Virus record (IMG/VR): IMGVR_UViG_3300034117_001582
Span: 124,001-188,000 of that record
Length of the DNA stretch: 64,000 nt
Direction: 5' to 3' (one strand)
The notes beneath the pieces were generated by a model. That model had not been told where the DNA came from. It did no database searches and was given only the letters and a program-made list of their open reading frames with translations. The translations under genes were made by a program, and so were the position numbers. The stretch's first letter is position 1; each line of letters begins with the position of its first letter. Positions 10,368 to 20,515 of this stretch are shown piece by piece.

Positions 10368-11627
10368 ATGAAAAAAATAATTAAATTTAATCCTTTATCA
10401 CTATTAACCCCCTTAAGGTTTGACATTAATGCTAAGATTTTTTACGCAAAACATAGAAATTTAAACTCCGAATACCCTAAAGAACTTTATTTAGAACATA
10501 TTCGCGTATGGAATGGATTTTTTGAGTCTTATCCTGAAAAAAATAAACCTGAAGATTTTATTAATTCATTTAATATCACTTTAGAGTCTATTTTAAGGTT
10601 TGGGTTTAAATCTCCTGAGAAAAATTATATACCGTTAAAAAACAATTCCCCATATAATGGGTCACATAGGGTGGCCGCCAGTATAGTTTCTGATGTTGAA
10701 ATTTATGGGATGGAGGATGATAGTAATGGACAACACATATGTGACTATAGATTTTTTAAACAAAAAGGACTTTCTGATGTTTATTTAGATGAAATGGCTT
10801 TAGAATATGTAAGAAATAAAAAAAACACATACACAATAAGTATTTTTTCGTCAGATAAAAAAGACCTATCATTAGCAGTAGAAACAATAAAAAAACATTC
10901 AAATATTGTTTACAACAAAGAAATAAACTTTACGGAGTTAGGTAAACATAATTACATAATAGAACTTTATAGGTTTGAAAAATGGATAGGTAATCACCAC
11001 TCAGAATACGGGGGAGCGAAACATAAAATGTCCAACTGTTTTAGAAATTCAAATAAAATACAACTATTTGTTGTGGAATGCGACAATATAGAAAAATTGT
11101 TATTATGTAAGAAAGAAATTAGAGATTACTACAAAGAAGAAAACCATTCTGTACATATTAACGATACTCAAGAAGAGACGTGGAGAATATGTTCAACGTT
11201 ATTAAATAAAAATTCTTTGTGGGTTATTAATAATGTAAAACAACCGAATTATGACAATTTTATTTCATTATTTAGTCAGTATCGGGACGAAATAAAAAAC
11301 CAAGATATTAATAAATTTTGTATTACGTCAAGTTCGGTCCTATCTCTTTTTTCAATTAGAGAATGTAACGACATTGATTTTATTACTACCGATGTTAGTT
11401 ATGTTGATAAGAAAGATGGTAATGTATCCAGTCACGAAAACCAATTAAAATATTACCCGTACCATAAAGACGATATAATTATAAACCCTAATTTACATTT
11501 TTATTTTATGGGTTATAAATTTACAACATTAGACGTATTAAAAAAAATGAAAGAGAGTAGAGGAGAACAAAAGGATAAAAATGACGTGTTATTAATAAAC
11601 GATTTTACAATAAAAAATAAAAAATAA
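10368..11627 (+). CDS. hypothetical glycan-locus protein (ParB-like GSHR motif, C-terminal NTase-like DID)
   Basis: NGSHRVAA; SSSVLSLFSIRECNDIDF. Confidence 0.5.
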   Translation: MKKIIKFNPLSLLTPLRFDINAKIFYAKHRNLNSEYPKELYLEHIRVWNGFFESYPEKNKPEDFINSFNITLESILRFGFKSPEKNYIPLKNNSPYNGSHRVAASIVSDVEIYGMEDDSNGQHICDYRFFKQKGLSDVYLDEMALEYVRNKKNTYTISIFSSDKKDLSLAVETIKKHSNIVYNKEINFTELGKHNYIIELYRFEKWIGNHHSEYGGAKHKMSNCFRNSNKIQLFVVECDNIEKLLLCKKEIRDYYKEENHSVHINDTQEETWRICSTLLNKNSLWVINNVKQPNYDNFISLFSQYRDEIKNQDINKFCITSSSVLSLFSIRECNDIDFITTDVSYVDKKDGNVSSHENQLKYYPYHKDDIIINPNLHFYFMGYKFTTLDVLKKMKESRGEQKDKNDVLLINDFTIKNKK

Positions 11628-11631
11628 AATA

Positions 11632-12486
11632 ATGAATAATAATAAAAAAATAAAAATAGGATTTACAGACTTTTGGGGTGGATTTAATCCAACAACAGAC
11701 CCCATATTTAGTTTATTACTAAACAAACATTACGATGTAATTTATGATAACATAAACCCTGATGTGTTATTTTTTAGTGTAGACGGGGACACACATAAAC
11801 AATATAATTGTAAAAAAATTCTATTCACTCCTGAAAATTTTTATTCTCATAGGTATCGACCTTTAGATTTTACATTAGGAGAGGATAACCTTTACAAATA
11901 TGCGGACTACAGTATAACAGGATTTGATACGGGTAATGAGAAAAATTTTAGATTACCTTGCTATATCAGAAGGTACGGCCATAATATTAAGGATACTATA
12001 AATGATAGAACGATACCTAAAAAATCTAAAAAGATTCTTTATCTACAAAGAAACTGCGTACAATTTAGAGACGAATTTGTTTTAAAATTACAAAAACACA
12101 TAGAAGTTGATTGTTTAGGTAATTGTATCAGAAATAAAAACATCGATGTAATCGATAAAATAGAATTTATGAAAGATTACAAATTTGTCATGTCTTTTGA
12201 GAACTCCTCCTACCCTGGATATAATACGGAAAAACTTGTCGATGGATTCATCTCTAAAACTATACCAATTTATTGGGGAGATACCAACGTAAATTCTGAC
12301 TATAACCCTAAATCTTTTTTAAGTTACCACGATTATAATAATCAAGACATATTAATTGAAAAAATATTAGAACTTGATAATGATGATTCTAAGTATAATC
12401 AAATGTTACTTGAGCAACCTATAATTAATTATAGCCTTTTTGATGAAAATAAATTGATTAATTTTTTAAACAAAATATTATTATGA
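11632..12486 (+). CDS. GT10 alpha-1,3-fucosyltransferase-like
   Basis: YKFVMSFENSSYPGYNTEKL...IPIYWG is the GT10 motif. Confidence 0.9.
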   Translation: MNNNKKIKIGFTDFWGGFNPTTDPIFSLLLNKHYDVIYDNINPDVLFFSVDGDTHKQYNCKKILFTPENFYSHRYRPLDFTLGEDNLYKYADYSITGFDTGNEKNFRLPCYIRRYGHNIKDTINDRTIPKKSKKILYLQRNCVQFRDEFVLKLQKHIEVDCLGNCIRNKNIDVIDKIEFMKDYKFVMSFENSSYPGYNTEKLVDGFISKTIPIYWGDTNVNSDYNPKSFLSYHDYNNQDILIEKILELDNDDSKYNQMLLEQPIINYSLFDENKLINFLNKILL

Positions 12487-12893
12487 TAAAAATATATTCA
12501 AAAGTAGACACAACAAAATTATTACATATTATAGTAAAAAAAGAAGATATGACACCAGGTAGACAAGATATTGTACCTGAAGAAAATTTTATACAGTGTT
12601 CTATATTAAATTTAGAAAAAGACAAAACATTTAGACCACATAAACACGTTTGGAAAAGAAGAGATATAGACGTAATTGCCCAAGAAAGTTGGGTTATTAT
12701 TCAAGGGAGTGTTAAATGTATTTTTTATGATTTAGACGATACAATTTTAGTCGAACATATATTAAACGTTGGTGATTCAAGTTTTACTTTAGAGGGCGGA
12801 CATAACTACTTGATTTTAGAAGAAAATACATTAATTTATGAATATAAAACAGGTCCTTATGAGGGCCAAATAAATGATAAAACTTTTATTTAA
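12483..12893 (+). CDS. cupin-fold sugar-modifying protein (WbuC-like)
   Basis: PHKH...QE...GGH...EYKTGPY. Confidence 0.65.
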   Translation: MIKIYSKVDTTKLLHIIVKKEDMTPGRQDIVPEENFIQCSILNLEKDKTFRPHKHVWKRRDIDVIAQESWVIIQGSVKCIFYDLDDTILVEHILNVGDSSFTLEGGHNYLILEENTLIYEYKTGPYEGQINDKTFI

Positions 12894-12894
12894 A

Positions 12895-13539
12895 ATGGAT
12901 AAAATTTTGATATATATAGGACTAAACAATGGTGTTGGGTTTTTAAATATAATAAAAAATGAAAATTTTGACAAATGTTATGGGTTTGAACCAATTCCTC
13001 ACTTATATGAAAAAGTAAAAAATGAACATATAAATAACCCAAAAGTTGAAATAATTAATGCCGCTGTAGTTGAGACAGAGGGCGAGTATGATTTTTATGT
13101 TAGTAAATTTAATGATATAATTGGGGACTCTTCTTCATTATTTCAAATAACAGAAGAATATAGAGAAATAACAGGTAATGACATACACACAGACAAAAAG
13201 ATAAAAGTTAAGGGTATAAATCTTAAAAAATTTTTGGAAGAAAAAAAAATAACTAATATTAAAAAATATGTTTCTGATGCCGAAGGAATGGATTATACAA
13301 TATTAAAAAGTATTAATAGTTTTCTTAATGAAAGAAGAATTGAATTTATACAAGTTGAGTCTATTTGTGATCACGTAATAAACGAAATTAGAGAAAATCA
13401 ACCGACTAACTACGAAAAAGATTTTGTTAATTTATTATCTAATAATTATGAATTATATAAAAAACAAGAAGGCAATTACAACCAAAAATCACCTAACCAT
13501 TGGGTGAACAGGGATTTATATTTTAAACTTAACCAATAA
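12895..13539 (+). CDS. FkbM-family methyltransferase
   Basis: YIGLNNG, GFEP, NAAV, SDAEGMD. Confidence 0.75.
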   Translation: MDKILIYIGLNNGVGFLNIIKNENFDKCYGFEPIPHLYEKVKNEHINNPKVEIINAAVVETEGEYDFYVSKFNDIIGDSSSLFQITEEYREITGNDIHTDKKIKVKGINLKKFLEEKKITNIKKYVSDAEGMDYTILKSINSFLNERRIEFIQVESICDHVINEIRENQPTNYEKDFVNLLSNNYELYKKQEGNYNQKSPNHWVNRDLYFKLNQ

Positions 13540-13543
13540 AAAA

Positions 13544-14158
13544 ATGAACGTTAATTTTGAAGTAGTTCAAGAATTTGAAAATAAAATATCAAAATTTTTT
13601 GGATCACCTTATGCCGTTGCGGTAGATAGTTGTACACATGGTATTGAGTTATGTTTAAGGTACACCAAAGAAACAAAAATAAATGTCCCAAAAAGAACAT
13701 ATTTGTCCGTTCCTTTTTTATCTGATAAAATGGGGTTAGAACGAGAATGGAAAGACGAGGAATGGGAAGATTATTATACTTTAAATTATGGTAATAAAAG
13801 AATAATTGACGCAGCAGTTCTTTGGAGAAAAGATAGTTATTTACCAAATACATTTATGTGTGTTAGTTTTCAGTATCAAAAACATCTTTCATTGGGTCGT
13901 GGCGGTATTATTTTATTAGATAATGAAGAAGACTATATTAAGTTAAAAAAAATGTCTTACGATGGTAGATTACCTAACATACCATGGAGAGATCAAGACA
14001 TTGAAACGGTAGGTTATCATTATTACATGACGCCAGAAACAGCACAACTAGGATTAAATAAATTACAAGAAGCTATCAACACACAACCAAAAAAATGGGT
14101 AGTTACAGATTGGCCCGACTTAACAAAAATGAAAATATTTAAAAACTATGATTTATAA
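13544..14158 (+). CDS. short DegT/DnrJ/EryC1/StrS PLP-dependent aminotransferase-like protein
   Basis: AVAVDSCTHG, IDAA, SFQYQKHL..GRGG. Confidence 0.8.
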   Translation: MNVNFEVVQEFENKISKFFGSPYAVAVDSCTHGIELCLRYTKETKINVPKRTYLSVPFLSDKMGLEREWKDEEWEDYYTLNYGNKRIIDAAVLWRKDSYLPNTFMCVSFQYQKHLSLGRGGIILLDNEEDYIKLKKMSYDGRLPNIPWRDQDIETVGYHYYMTPETAQLGLNKLQEAINTQPKKWVVTDWPDLTKMKIFKNYDL

Positions 14159-14408
14159 AATTTTTGATTCAGTATCATATGGACATATGGAACCATTAGT
14201 TCCCTTTACAAAAATTGCGGAATTTAATACACTTAATGAAGTAAGTGATTTTTTATCTAAATCTGATGAATCAATTAAATACTTTATTTGTGATAAAGAG
14301 AATAAAGTTTTATTTGAAAGTACTATGAAAATATTTGAGTCACCAGATAACGGTAAAACCATCTACGAAAGAGGGTATTTACAAAGAAATAAAAAACAAA
14401 TTAAATGA
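14148..14408 (+). CDS. hypothetical protein
   Basis: 86-aa coupled ORF with IFESPDNGKTIY motif. Confidence 0.6.
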   Translation: MIYKIFDSVSYGHMEPLVPFTKIAEFNTLNEVSDFLSKSDESIKYFICDKENKVLFESTMKIFESPDNGKTIYERGYLQRNKKQIK

Positions 14409-15385
14409 AACAGAAAAAAGCATTTATAACAGGAATTAATGGTCAAGATGGTAGTTATCTTGCGGAATATTTATTGTCTTTAGGATATGAAGTACATGGG
14501 ATGGTTAGAAGACATTCTATGGCCGAAAACCAAGACTCAAGACTTTTACACTTAACAAATGAAGTGACTACACATTATGGTGATTTATTAGATGTAGGAT
14601 CAATAGACAACATATTACAAAAAGTAATGCCTGATGAAATTTATAATATTGGGGCACAAAGTCACGTTAGGATTAGTTTTGAAATACCTCAATTTACCGT
14701 ACAATCAAATGCTCTCGGTGTACTAAACATATTAGAATCATATAGAAGAATATGTCCTAATGCTAAATTCTATCAGGCAAGTTCATCTGAGATGTTTGGT
14801 AATTGTGTAGATGATGATGGATTCCAAAGAGAAACCACACCAATGCACCCTGTTAGCCCTTATGGGTGTTCTAAATTATTTGGATACTCTATAGTTAGAA
14901 ATTATCGCAATGCGTACGGATTACATGCAACTAATGGTATTTTATTTAATCATGAATCGCCAAGAAGAGGTTCTAATTTTGTTACAAATAAAGTTGTTAA
15001 AACAGCAGTTAGAATTAAATTAGGGTTAGAAACTAAACTAGAGTTGGGTAATTTGGATTCTTATAGGGATTGGGGCCACTCTAAAGACTACGTTAGGGCA
15101 ATGCACGCGATTATTAATCACGAAAAACCGGAAGATTTTGTGGTATCAACAATGGAAACACATTCAGTTAGAGATATGACAAAATACGTATTTGACCAAT
15201 TAGGTATGGACTATAAAGATTATGTTACCCAAAATAATCTTTTTATTAGACCTGAGGAGCTTAAATACCTAAAAGGTGACTCTACCAAGGCTAGAGAAAT
15301 ATTTAAATGGTCTCCGGAATATACCTTTGAATCAATGCTAGATGAAATGATTAATTATTGGTTAGATTTTTATAAAAAATTATAA
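14405..15385 (+). CDS. gmd: GDP-mannose 4,6-dehydratase
   Basis: GINGQDGSYLAE, AQSHV, YQASSSE, SPYGCSK, FNHESPRRG, RDWGH. Confidence 0.95.
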   Translation: MKQKKAFITGINGQDGSYLAEYLLSLGYEVHGMVRRHSMAENQDSRLLHLTNEVTTHYGDLLDVGSIDNILQKVMPDEIYNIGAQSHVRISFEIPQFTVQSNALGVLNILESYRRICPNAKFYQASSSEMFGNCVDDDGFQRETTPMHPVSPYGCSKLFGYSIVRNYRNAYGLHATNGILFNHESPRRGSNFVTNKVVKTAVRIKLGLETKLELGNLDSYRDWGHSKDYVRAMHAIINHEKPEDFVVSTMETHSVRDMTKYVFDQLGMDYKDYVTQNNLFIRPEELKYLKGDSTKAREIFKWSPEYTFESMLDEMINYWLDFYKKL

Positions 15386-15386
15386 A

Positions 15387-15827
15387 ATGGATAAAAAAAT
15401 TGTTGGTATAACTTGTAGTACTTTTGACTTACTACACACAGGTCACATCATTATGTTAGAAGAATGTAAAAAACATTGTGATTATTTAATATGCGCATTA
15501 CAAAATGATCCAACAATAGATAGGCCTGAAAAAAATAAACCCGTACAATCTATCGTCGAAAGATATCTTCAATTAGATGCGGTTAAATATGTAGATAAGA
15601 TAATACCTTATAGCACGGAAGAAGAATTACAATCAATATTTGCATCCTTAGATTTGGATGTAAGAATTATTGGGGAAGAATATAAAGACACACAATTCAC
15701 GGCAAAAGACATTTGTCAAAAAAGGGGTATTAAATTGGTGTATAATAAAAGAGATCATGATTTCTCAACATCCAGTTTACGGCAAAGGATTTATAATCAA
15801 GAATCCACTAAACGATTTGTAAAATAA
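15387..15827 (+). CDS. glycerol-3-phosphate cytidylyltransferase-like (HIGH family)
   Basis: FDLLHTGH, R.HDFSTSSLR. Confidence 0.85.
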   Translation: MDKKIVGITCSTFDLLHTGHIIMLEECKKHCDYLICALQNDPTIDRPEKNKPVQSIVERYLQLDAVKYVDKIIPYSTEEELQSIFASLDLDVRIIGEEYKDTQFTAKDICQKRGIKLVYNKRDHDFSTSSLRQRIYNQESTKRFVK

Positions 15828-15830
15828 AAT

Positions 15831-16571
15831 ATGACGACAAGAAAAAAACCACAAACACAAACTGAAGATAATGAACAAAAACAAGTTTCTAAAAAAGATT
15901 TTATAAACTCAACAATTAAAAGAAAACAAAAAAGTAAATTTTTATCTGATAATCAAAAAGAATATTACGATTTACTGATTAATAATCAAATAACTATTTG
16001 TTCCGGACCTGCAGGTGTTGGTAAAAGTTATATTTCCATGAAGGCTGCCGTTGATTTATTAATGGACCCAAATAACTCATATGAAAAAATAATTATCGTT
16101 AGACCGGCAGTCGAAGCCGAAGAAAAATTAGGGTCATTACCTGGTAATTTAGAAGAAAAATTGGACCCGTATATTTTTCCTTCATATTATTTATTAAATA
16201 AGATTATAGGTAAGGAAGCAAGAGAAAAATTAAAAGAGGGTGAGGTTATTGAAGTATTTGCATTGGCCTACATGAGGGGTATGAATATAGACAACTCAAT
16301 TCTTATTTTTGAAGAGGCTCAAAATTCAACACCCAATCAAATGAAACTACTATTGACAAGAATAGGATTTAATAGTAAATTCTTTATATCAGGTGACTTG
16401 GAACAAACTGACAGGTATAAAGATAAAAAACAATCAGGACTTTATGACGCATTACAAAGGTTCAATAAAATACCAGATATTGGTATTTACGATTTTAAAA
16501 ATGCTAAAAACGTTAGAAATCCATTAATTAGTAAAATATTAGTCAAATACGATGAAGAAAATAGGGATTGA
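15831..16571 (+). CDS. phoH: PhoH-family ATPase
   Basis: GPAGVGKS, RPAVE, LGSLPG, AYMRG, EEAQN, LTRIG, GD..Q.D. Confidence 0.95.
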   Translation: MTTRKKPQTQTEDNEQKQVSKKDFINSTIKRKQKSKFLSDNQKEYYDLLINNQITICSGPAGVGKSYISMKAAVDLLMDPNNSYEKIIIVRPAVEAEEKLGSLPGNLEEKLDPYIFPSYYLLNKIIGKEAREKLKEGEVIEVFALAYMRGMNIDNSILIFEEAQNSTPNQMKLLLTRIGFNSKFFISGDLEQTDRYKDKKQSGLYDALQRFNKIPDIGIYDFKNAKNVRNPLISKILVKYDEENRD

Positions 16572-17208
16572 AATTAACGGGGTTTTAAGAGATACTATAA
16601 GTAAGTTTATTCAGTTATATGAAAAAAATATGATTGAAGAAAATGAAACGGAAAACAATTTAAAATCTTTTGATGTTGATATGTCCGGCAATACTGATTT
16701 AGTAATTGAGGAAGAAAATTTTAAATACGAAATAAAAAATGAAGTAACCAGTTTAAATTTAATGAATCATTTTAGTTTTAGAAATGAGGACGAACTATAC
16801 TCTTTTACTTATGAAGACTTTGCAATGCAAATCTTTGGTCATGCTGGATCCTCAGAAACTTTTACGTTTAATGATTTAAATGAAATATATTTAAAATATA
16901 GAGATAATAATGAATTATTAATTGTTTCGGATGAGATGGGTAGATCAAAACCGGCATCATTATTTTTCCTATCTAAGTTTGGGTGTCAGTTAGAAAAGGT
17001 AAAATTTTACTCAAATACGACAATTAATTCTATGTGGGACGAGGTAGACGTTTTACTTACGTCCAATCCTAACTTAATATTAGAAAAACCAAAAGATAAA
17101 ATTGTTGTGAAATACATAACAAACTATAATAAAAATATCAAATCTGATTATGAAATTGAAAAATTAAAAGATTTTGATGAAGTATTACAAAAATTAAAAA
17201 TATGTTAA
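16552..17208 (+). CDS. HAD/5'(3')-deoxyribonucleotidase-like protein, degenerate motif I
   Basis: IGIEINGVLRD in place of IxIDxDGVLxD; YN near C-terminus. Confidence 0.55.
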   Translation: MKKIGIEINGVLRDTISKFIQLYEKNMIEENETENNLKSFDVDMSGNTDLVIEEENFKYEIKNEVTSLNLMNHFSFRNEDELYSFTYEDFAMQIFGHAGSSETFTFNDLNEIYLKYRDNNELLIVSDEMGRSKPASLFFLSKFGCQLEKVKFYSNTTINSMWDEVDVLLTSNPNLILEKPKDKIVVKYITNYNKNIKSDYEIEKLKDFDEVLQKLKIC

Positions 17209-17492
17209 ATTTTTTAGGTGAAAATTACTATATAGATGTGAATGAATTAGAAGACCAAGTCAGTCTAATTAATTCTAAGTATTATACACCCCCACCTTCA
17301 GGAGAAACTGAAAATGAACAACAAATAAGTGTTACTAGATATGAAACTTTTAAAAGTTTAATTGAAGTCATACTTACCGAAAGAGAAGAATTAGATGAAA
17401 ATTTAGGTATACATGCTGCAAAAAATTTAACTATTCCCTTTAAGATTGCATTTAATACACTATTAATGAATAAAATAATAAAAACACTTTAA
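17202..17492 (+). CDS. hypothetical protein
   Basis: 96-aa coupled ORF. Confidence 0.65.
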   Translation: MLNFLGENYYIDVNELEDQVSLINSKYYTPPPSGETENEQQISVTRYETFKSLIEVILTEREELDENLGIHAAKNLTIPFKIAFNTLLMNKIIKTL

Positions 17493-17493
17493 A

Positions 17494-18561
17494 ATGGATT
17501 TAGAAAGAATACAAAAAATTGAAAAGTCTTTAGAAAAACTTAAAGATAAAACATCAAGAATTTATTTCTTGGTTCAAGACACTAAAGGAAACCCAATGGC
17601 GGGTATTAAGTATATTTACGATATGGCATTAACCCTAAAAAATAATGGGTACAATTGTATTATTATTCACGAAACAAAAGATTATCATGGTGTTTCTGAA
17701 TGGTTGGGTCAGGAATATATGGATATACCTCATCAAGAAATTGAAAGTCAGAACTTGGCATTATCCCCCGAAGATTTTGTGGTTATACCTGAAATTTACG
17801 GTCACGTAATGGAACAAATTAAAAATTTTCCGTGTGGTAAAATTGTATTATGTCAAGCGTATGATAATATGTTGGAAACTATGTCTCCTGGAGTTAATTG
17901 GTCTCAACATGGATTTTATAAATGTATTACTACCTCTGAAAGTCAGAAAAAAATGTTATCAGATATTATGAAAGGCACCTCTTTTGATATTCTTGAACCT
18001 TTTATTTATGAGAAATTCACTAAAAAAGAAAAACCTTCTAAACCAATTATCGCAATACACACAAGAGAACCAAGAAATACCGCAAAAATTATTAAAACAT
18101 TTTATTTAAAATATCCACAATATAGATGGATTACTTTTAGAGATATGAGAGGGATTAAACTTGATGATTTTGCTAAGTATTTAAAAGATTCTTATTTATC
18201 GGTTTGGGTTGATGATGAGTCATCATTTGGTACTTACCCATTAGAATGTATGGCAACAGGGACTCCAGTTGTTGGTAAAGTACCTAACATGAAACCTGAA
18301 TGGTTAACAGAAGAAAATGGTATTTGGACATATCAATTTAATGATATTGTAGAGATTATTGCAAACTATACCCAAAATTGGTTGGAAGATAATATTTCAG
18401 GTACTCTTTATGATAACATGGAATTAACCGCTAACATGTACAACCAAAAAAATAAATTTGAGACTGATGTTGTATCTATTTTTGATGAATATTTCTCAGT
18501 AAGGTCAAATTCATTTTCTGAACAATTAGAAAAAATAAACGTAACAGAAGAAAATAAGTAA
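17494..18561 (+). CDS. GT-B (GT4-like) glycosyltransferase
   Basis: VVIPE; SSFGTYPLECMATGTPVVG. Confidence 0.8.
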   Translation: MDLERIQKIEKSLEKLKDKTSRIYFLVQDTKGNPMAGIKYIYDMALTLKNNGYNCIIIHETKDYHGVSEWLGQEYMDIPHQEIESQNLALSPEDFVVIPEIYGHVMEQIKNFPCGKIVLCQAYDNMLETMSPGVNWSQHGFYKCITTSESQKKMLSDIMKGTSFDILEPFIYEKFTKKEKPSKPIIAIHTREPRNTAKIIKTFYLKYPQYRWITFRDMRGIKLDDFAKYLKDSYLSVWVDDESSFGTYPLECMATGTPVVGKVPNMKPEWLTEENGIWTYQFNDIVEIIANYTQNWLEDNISGTLYDNMELTANMYNQKNKFETDVVSIFDEYFSVRSNSFSEQLEKINVTEENK

Positions 18562-18563
18562 TT

Positions 18564-19373
18564 ATGGAAAAAGAAAAATTAGACGTATCGGTAATTTTAC
18601 CGATTAACTCATCAAAACAAAGAGATTTTGATATACTATTTGAAAGGGCCGTTAAATCATTACAAATACAATTAACAGACATTAATGAGTTGGTTATTGT
18701 TCATACAGATGAGGACGGTTTAAAGTCAAGATTAGAGGAATACGATTATAGTGGTATCACTGTTAATTTTATTGAAAATAAAGGTGATTTTGATTTTAGC
18801 TCACAAGTTAATTTAGGTGTTAAAAACGCAAAAAGTAAGTGGGTATCCATTTTAGAATTTGATGATGAATATTCAAGCATATGGTTTAAAAATGTTAATA
18901 GATTTATTAAGGCATATCCTGAAGTGGACGCATTTTTACCATTAGTAGTCGATACAGATGAAAAAGGTATGTTTGTTGGGTTCACAAATGAAGCAACATT
19001 TGCGGCAAGTTTAAATTCAGAAATCGGGTATCTAACAAATGATGTTTTAATGGCTTACCAAAATTTCCAATCAAGTGGTATGGTAATAAAAAAAGAAACA
19101 TATTTAGAAAACGGTGGGTTTAAATCTTCTATGAGATTAACATTTGTTTATGAATTCCTTTTACGATTAACTTACAACTCTGTAAATATTATGACCATTC
19201 CTAGAATTGGTTATAAACATATGAACTTAAGAGAAGGGTCAATTTTTTGGAATTATAAAAATGGTAACGAAAAGATTTCAGACAAAGAAGTTTCATTTTG
19301 GATTGAGTCGGCAAAAAAAGAACATTTCTTCACTTCAGATAGAAATATAAAGTTTGAACCTGAACAAGCTTAA
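18564..19373 (+). CDS. GT2 glycosyltransferase
   Basis: VSVILP, NLGV, ILEFDDE, GGF. Confidence 0.8.
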   Translation: MEKEKLDVSVILPINSSKQRDFDILFERAVKSLQIQLTDINELVIVHTDEDGLKSRLEEYDYSGITVNFIENKGDFDFSSQVNLGVKNAKSKWVSILEFDDEYSSIWFKNVNRFIKAYPEVDAFLPLVVDTDEKGMFVGFTNEATFAASLNSEIGYLTNDVLMAYQNFQSSGMVIKKETYLENGGFKSSMRLTFVYEFLLRLTYNSVNIMTIPRIGYKHMNLREGSIFWNYKNGNEKISDKEVSFWIESAKKEHFFTSDRNIKFEPEQA

Positions 19374-20128
19374 TGATTTTATCATCAGTAACAGAAAATG
19401 AAATAATTAACGAAACGCAAAAGACGGAAAAAAAACCAAAATTAACTACAAATTATTTTGATGTCCGTGAAGAAGAAGCGGTTAAAGCTTATTTAATAGC
19501 TGAAACCAAACAAGAAAAAGATTCAATATACAACGAGTTTCTTCGTAGTCCACTGGATAAAATGATAGAGTCAATTATTAGAAGATATAAGTTGTATAGA
19601 AAAGATATGACGTATATTGATATTCACGCAGATACACATTCTTTTTTAATGACAAAAGTTGATAAGTTTAAACCGGCAAAGAATAAAAAAGCATATTCTT
19701 ATTTTGGGACGATTTGTAAAAACTATTTGATGGGTCAAATATTGAAAGACCAAAAAGAAATGAATAGAAAAATATCTTATGAAGATATTTCTGCAACATT
19801 AGAAAATAGACCAGACATGGTTTATTATTTAGAGTTTGAAAAAATAGATGCTGAAAAAATTATAGATATATTTTTAGTTGATTTAAAAAATTATATTGAA
19901 AAAAACAATTTACCCGATAACGAAACAAAGATGGGTCACGCGTTAATTGATTTATTTGATGACTATGGTAATATTTTTATTGGTAACGATAATAATAAGT
20001 TTAATAAGAATATTGTTCTATTGACGTTAAGAGAAATGACAAATCTTAACACAAAAGAAATTAGAACATGTTTAAAAAAATATAAAACGGTTTATTTAGA
20101 TACGTTAAGAAGAATACATAATCAATAA
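19373..20128 (+). CDS. T4 gp55-like late-transcription sigma factor
   Basis: KFKPAKNKKAYSYFGTICKNYLM resembles the gp55 region-2 pattern (F..K...FAYFT.I); N-terminal NYF. Confidence 0.65.
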   Translation: MILSSVTENEIINETQKTEKKPKLTTNYFDVREEEAVKAYLIAETKQEKDSIYNEFLRSPLDKMIESIIRRYKLYRKDMTYIDIHADTHSFLMTKVDKFKPAKNKKAYSYFGTICKNYLMGQILKDQKEMNRKISYEDISATLENRPDMVYYLEFEKIDAEKIIDIFLVDLKNYIEKNNLPDNETKMGHALIDLFDDYGNIFIGNDNNKFNKNIVLLTLREMTNLNTKEIRTCLKKYKTVYLDTLRRIHNQ

Positions 20129-20144
20129 ACAAATATTTATTGTT

Positions 20145-20513
20145 ATGAGTAGAACAAGAAAAAAAGAAATATCCTTAAATAAGGATTCGGTTTTAGGGCT
20201 TATGCAAGAAATCTACAACGAACTTGTAGAGCAAAGAGCAACCGCAATTAGAATACAAAACAAAATGTTGGCACTGTTAAAAGACCCTGAAGATATGACA
20301 CTTATTGGTCCTGTCATTAAAGAACAACAAAAAATCATTAATGACACCATTGAAAAAAAGTTAACGTTATCTAAACTTCAGTCCACAATTTGGGAAAAAT
20401 CTAACAACACAAAAGAAGAAAGTTTCTCTTTGTCTGACATGGATGATGATTTACTACAAAATTTAATAAAGAAAGACGTAGACAATAGTCAAGGTCAAGG
20501 ATATAAAATGTAA
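20145..20513 (+). CDS. hypothetical coiled-coil protein
   Basis: 122 aa; TATTTAT at 20134-20140. Confidence 0.7.
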   Translation: MSRTRKKEISLNKDSVLGLMQEIYNELVEQRATAIRIQNKMLALLKDPEDMTLIGPVIKEQQKIINDTIEKKLTLSKLQSTIWEKSNNTKEESFSLSDMDDDLLQNLIKKDVDNSQGQGYKM

Positions 20514-20515
20514 TT

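Noticed and set aside
2723-19373. Bacterial capsule/LPS locus (host contamination)
   Set aside because: Contiguous and coupled with dUTPase, PhoH, the gp55-like gene and virion genes; no wzx/wzy/export genes
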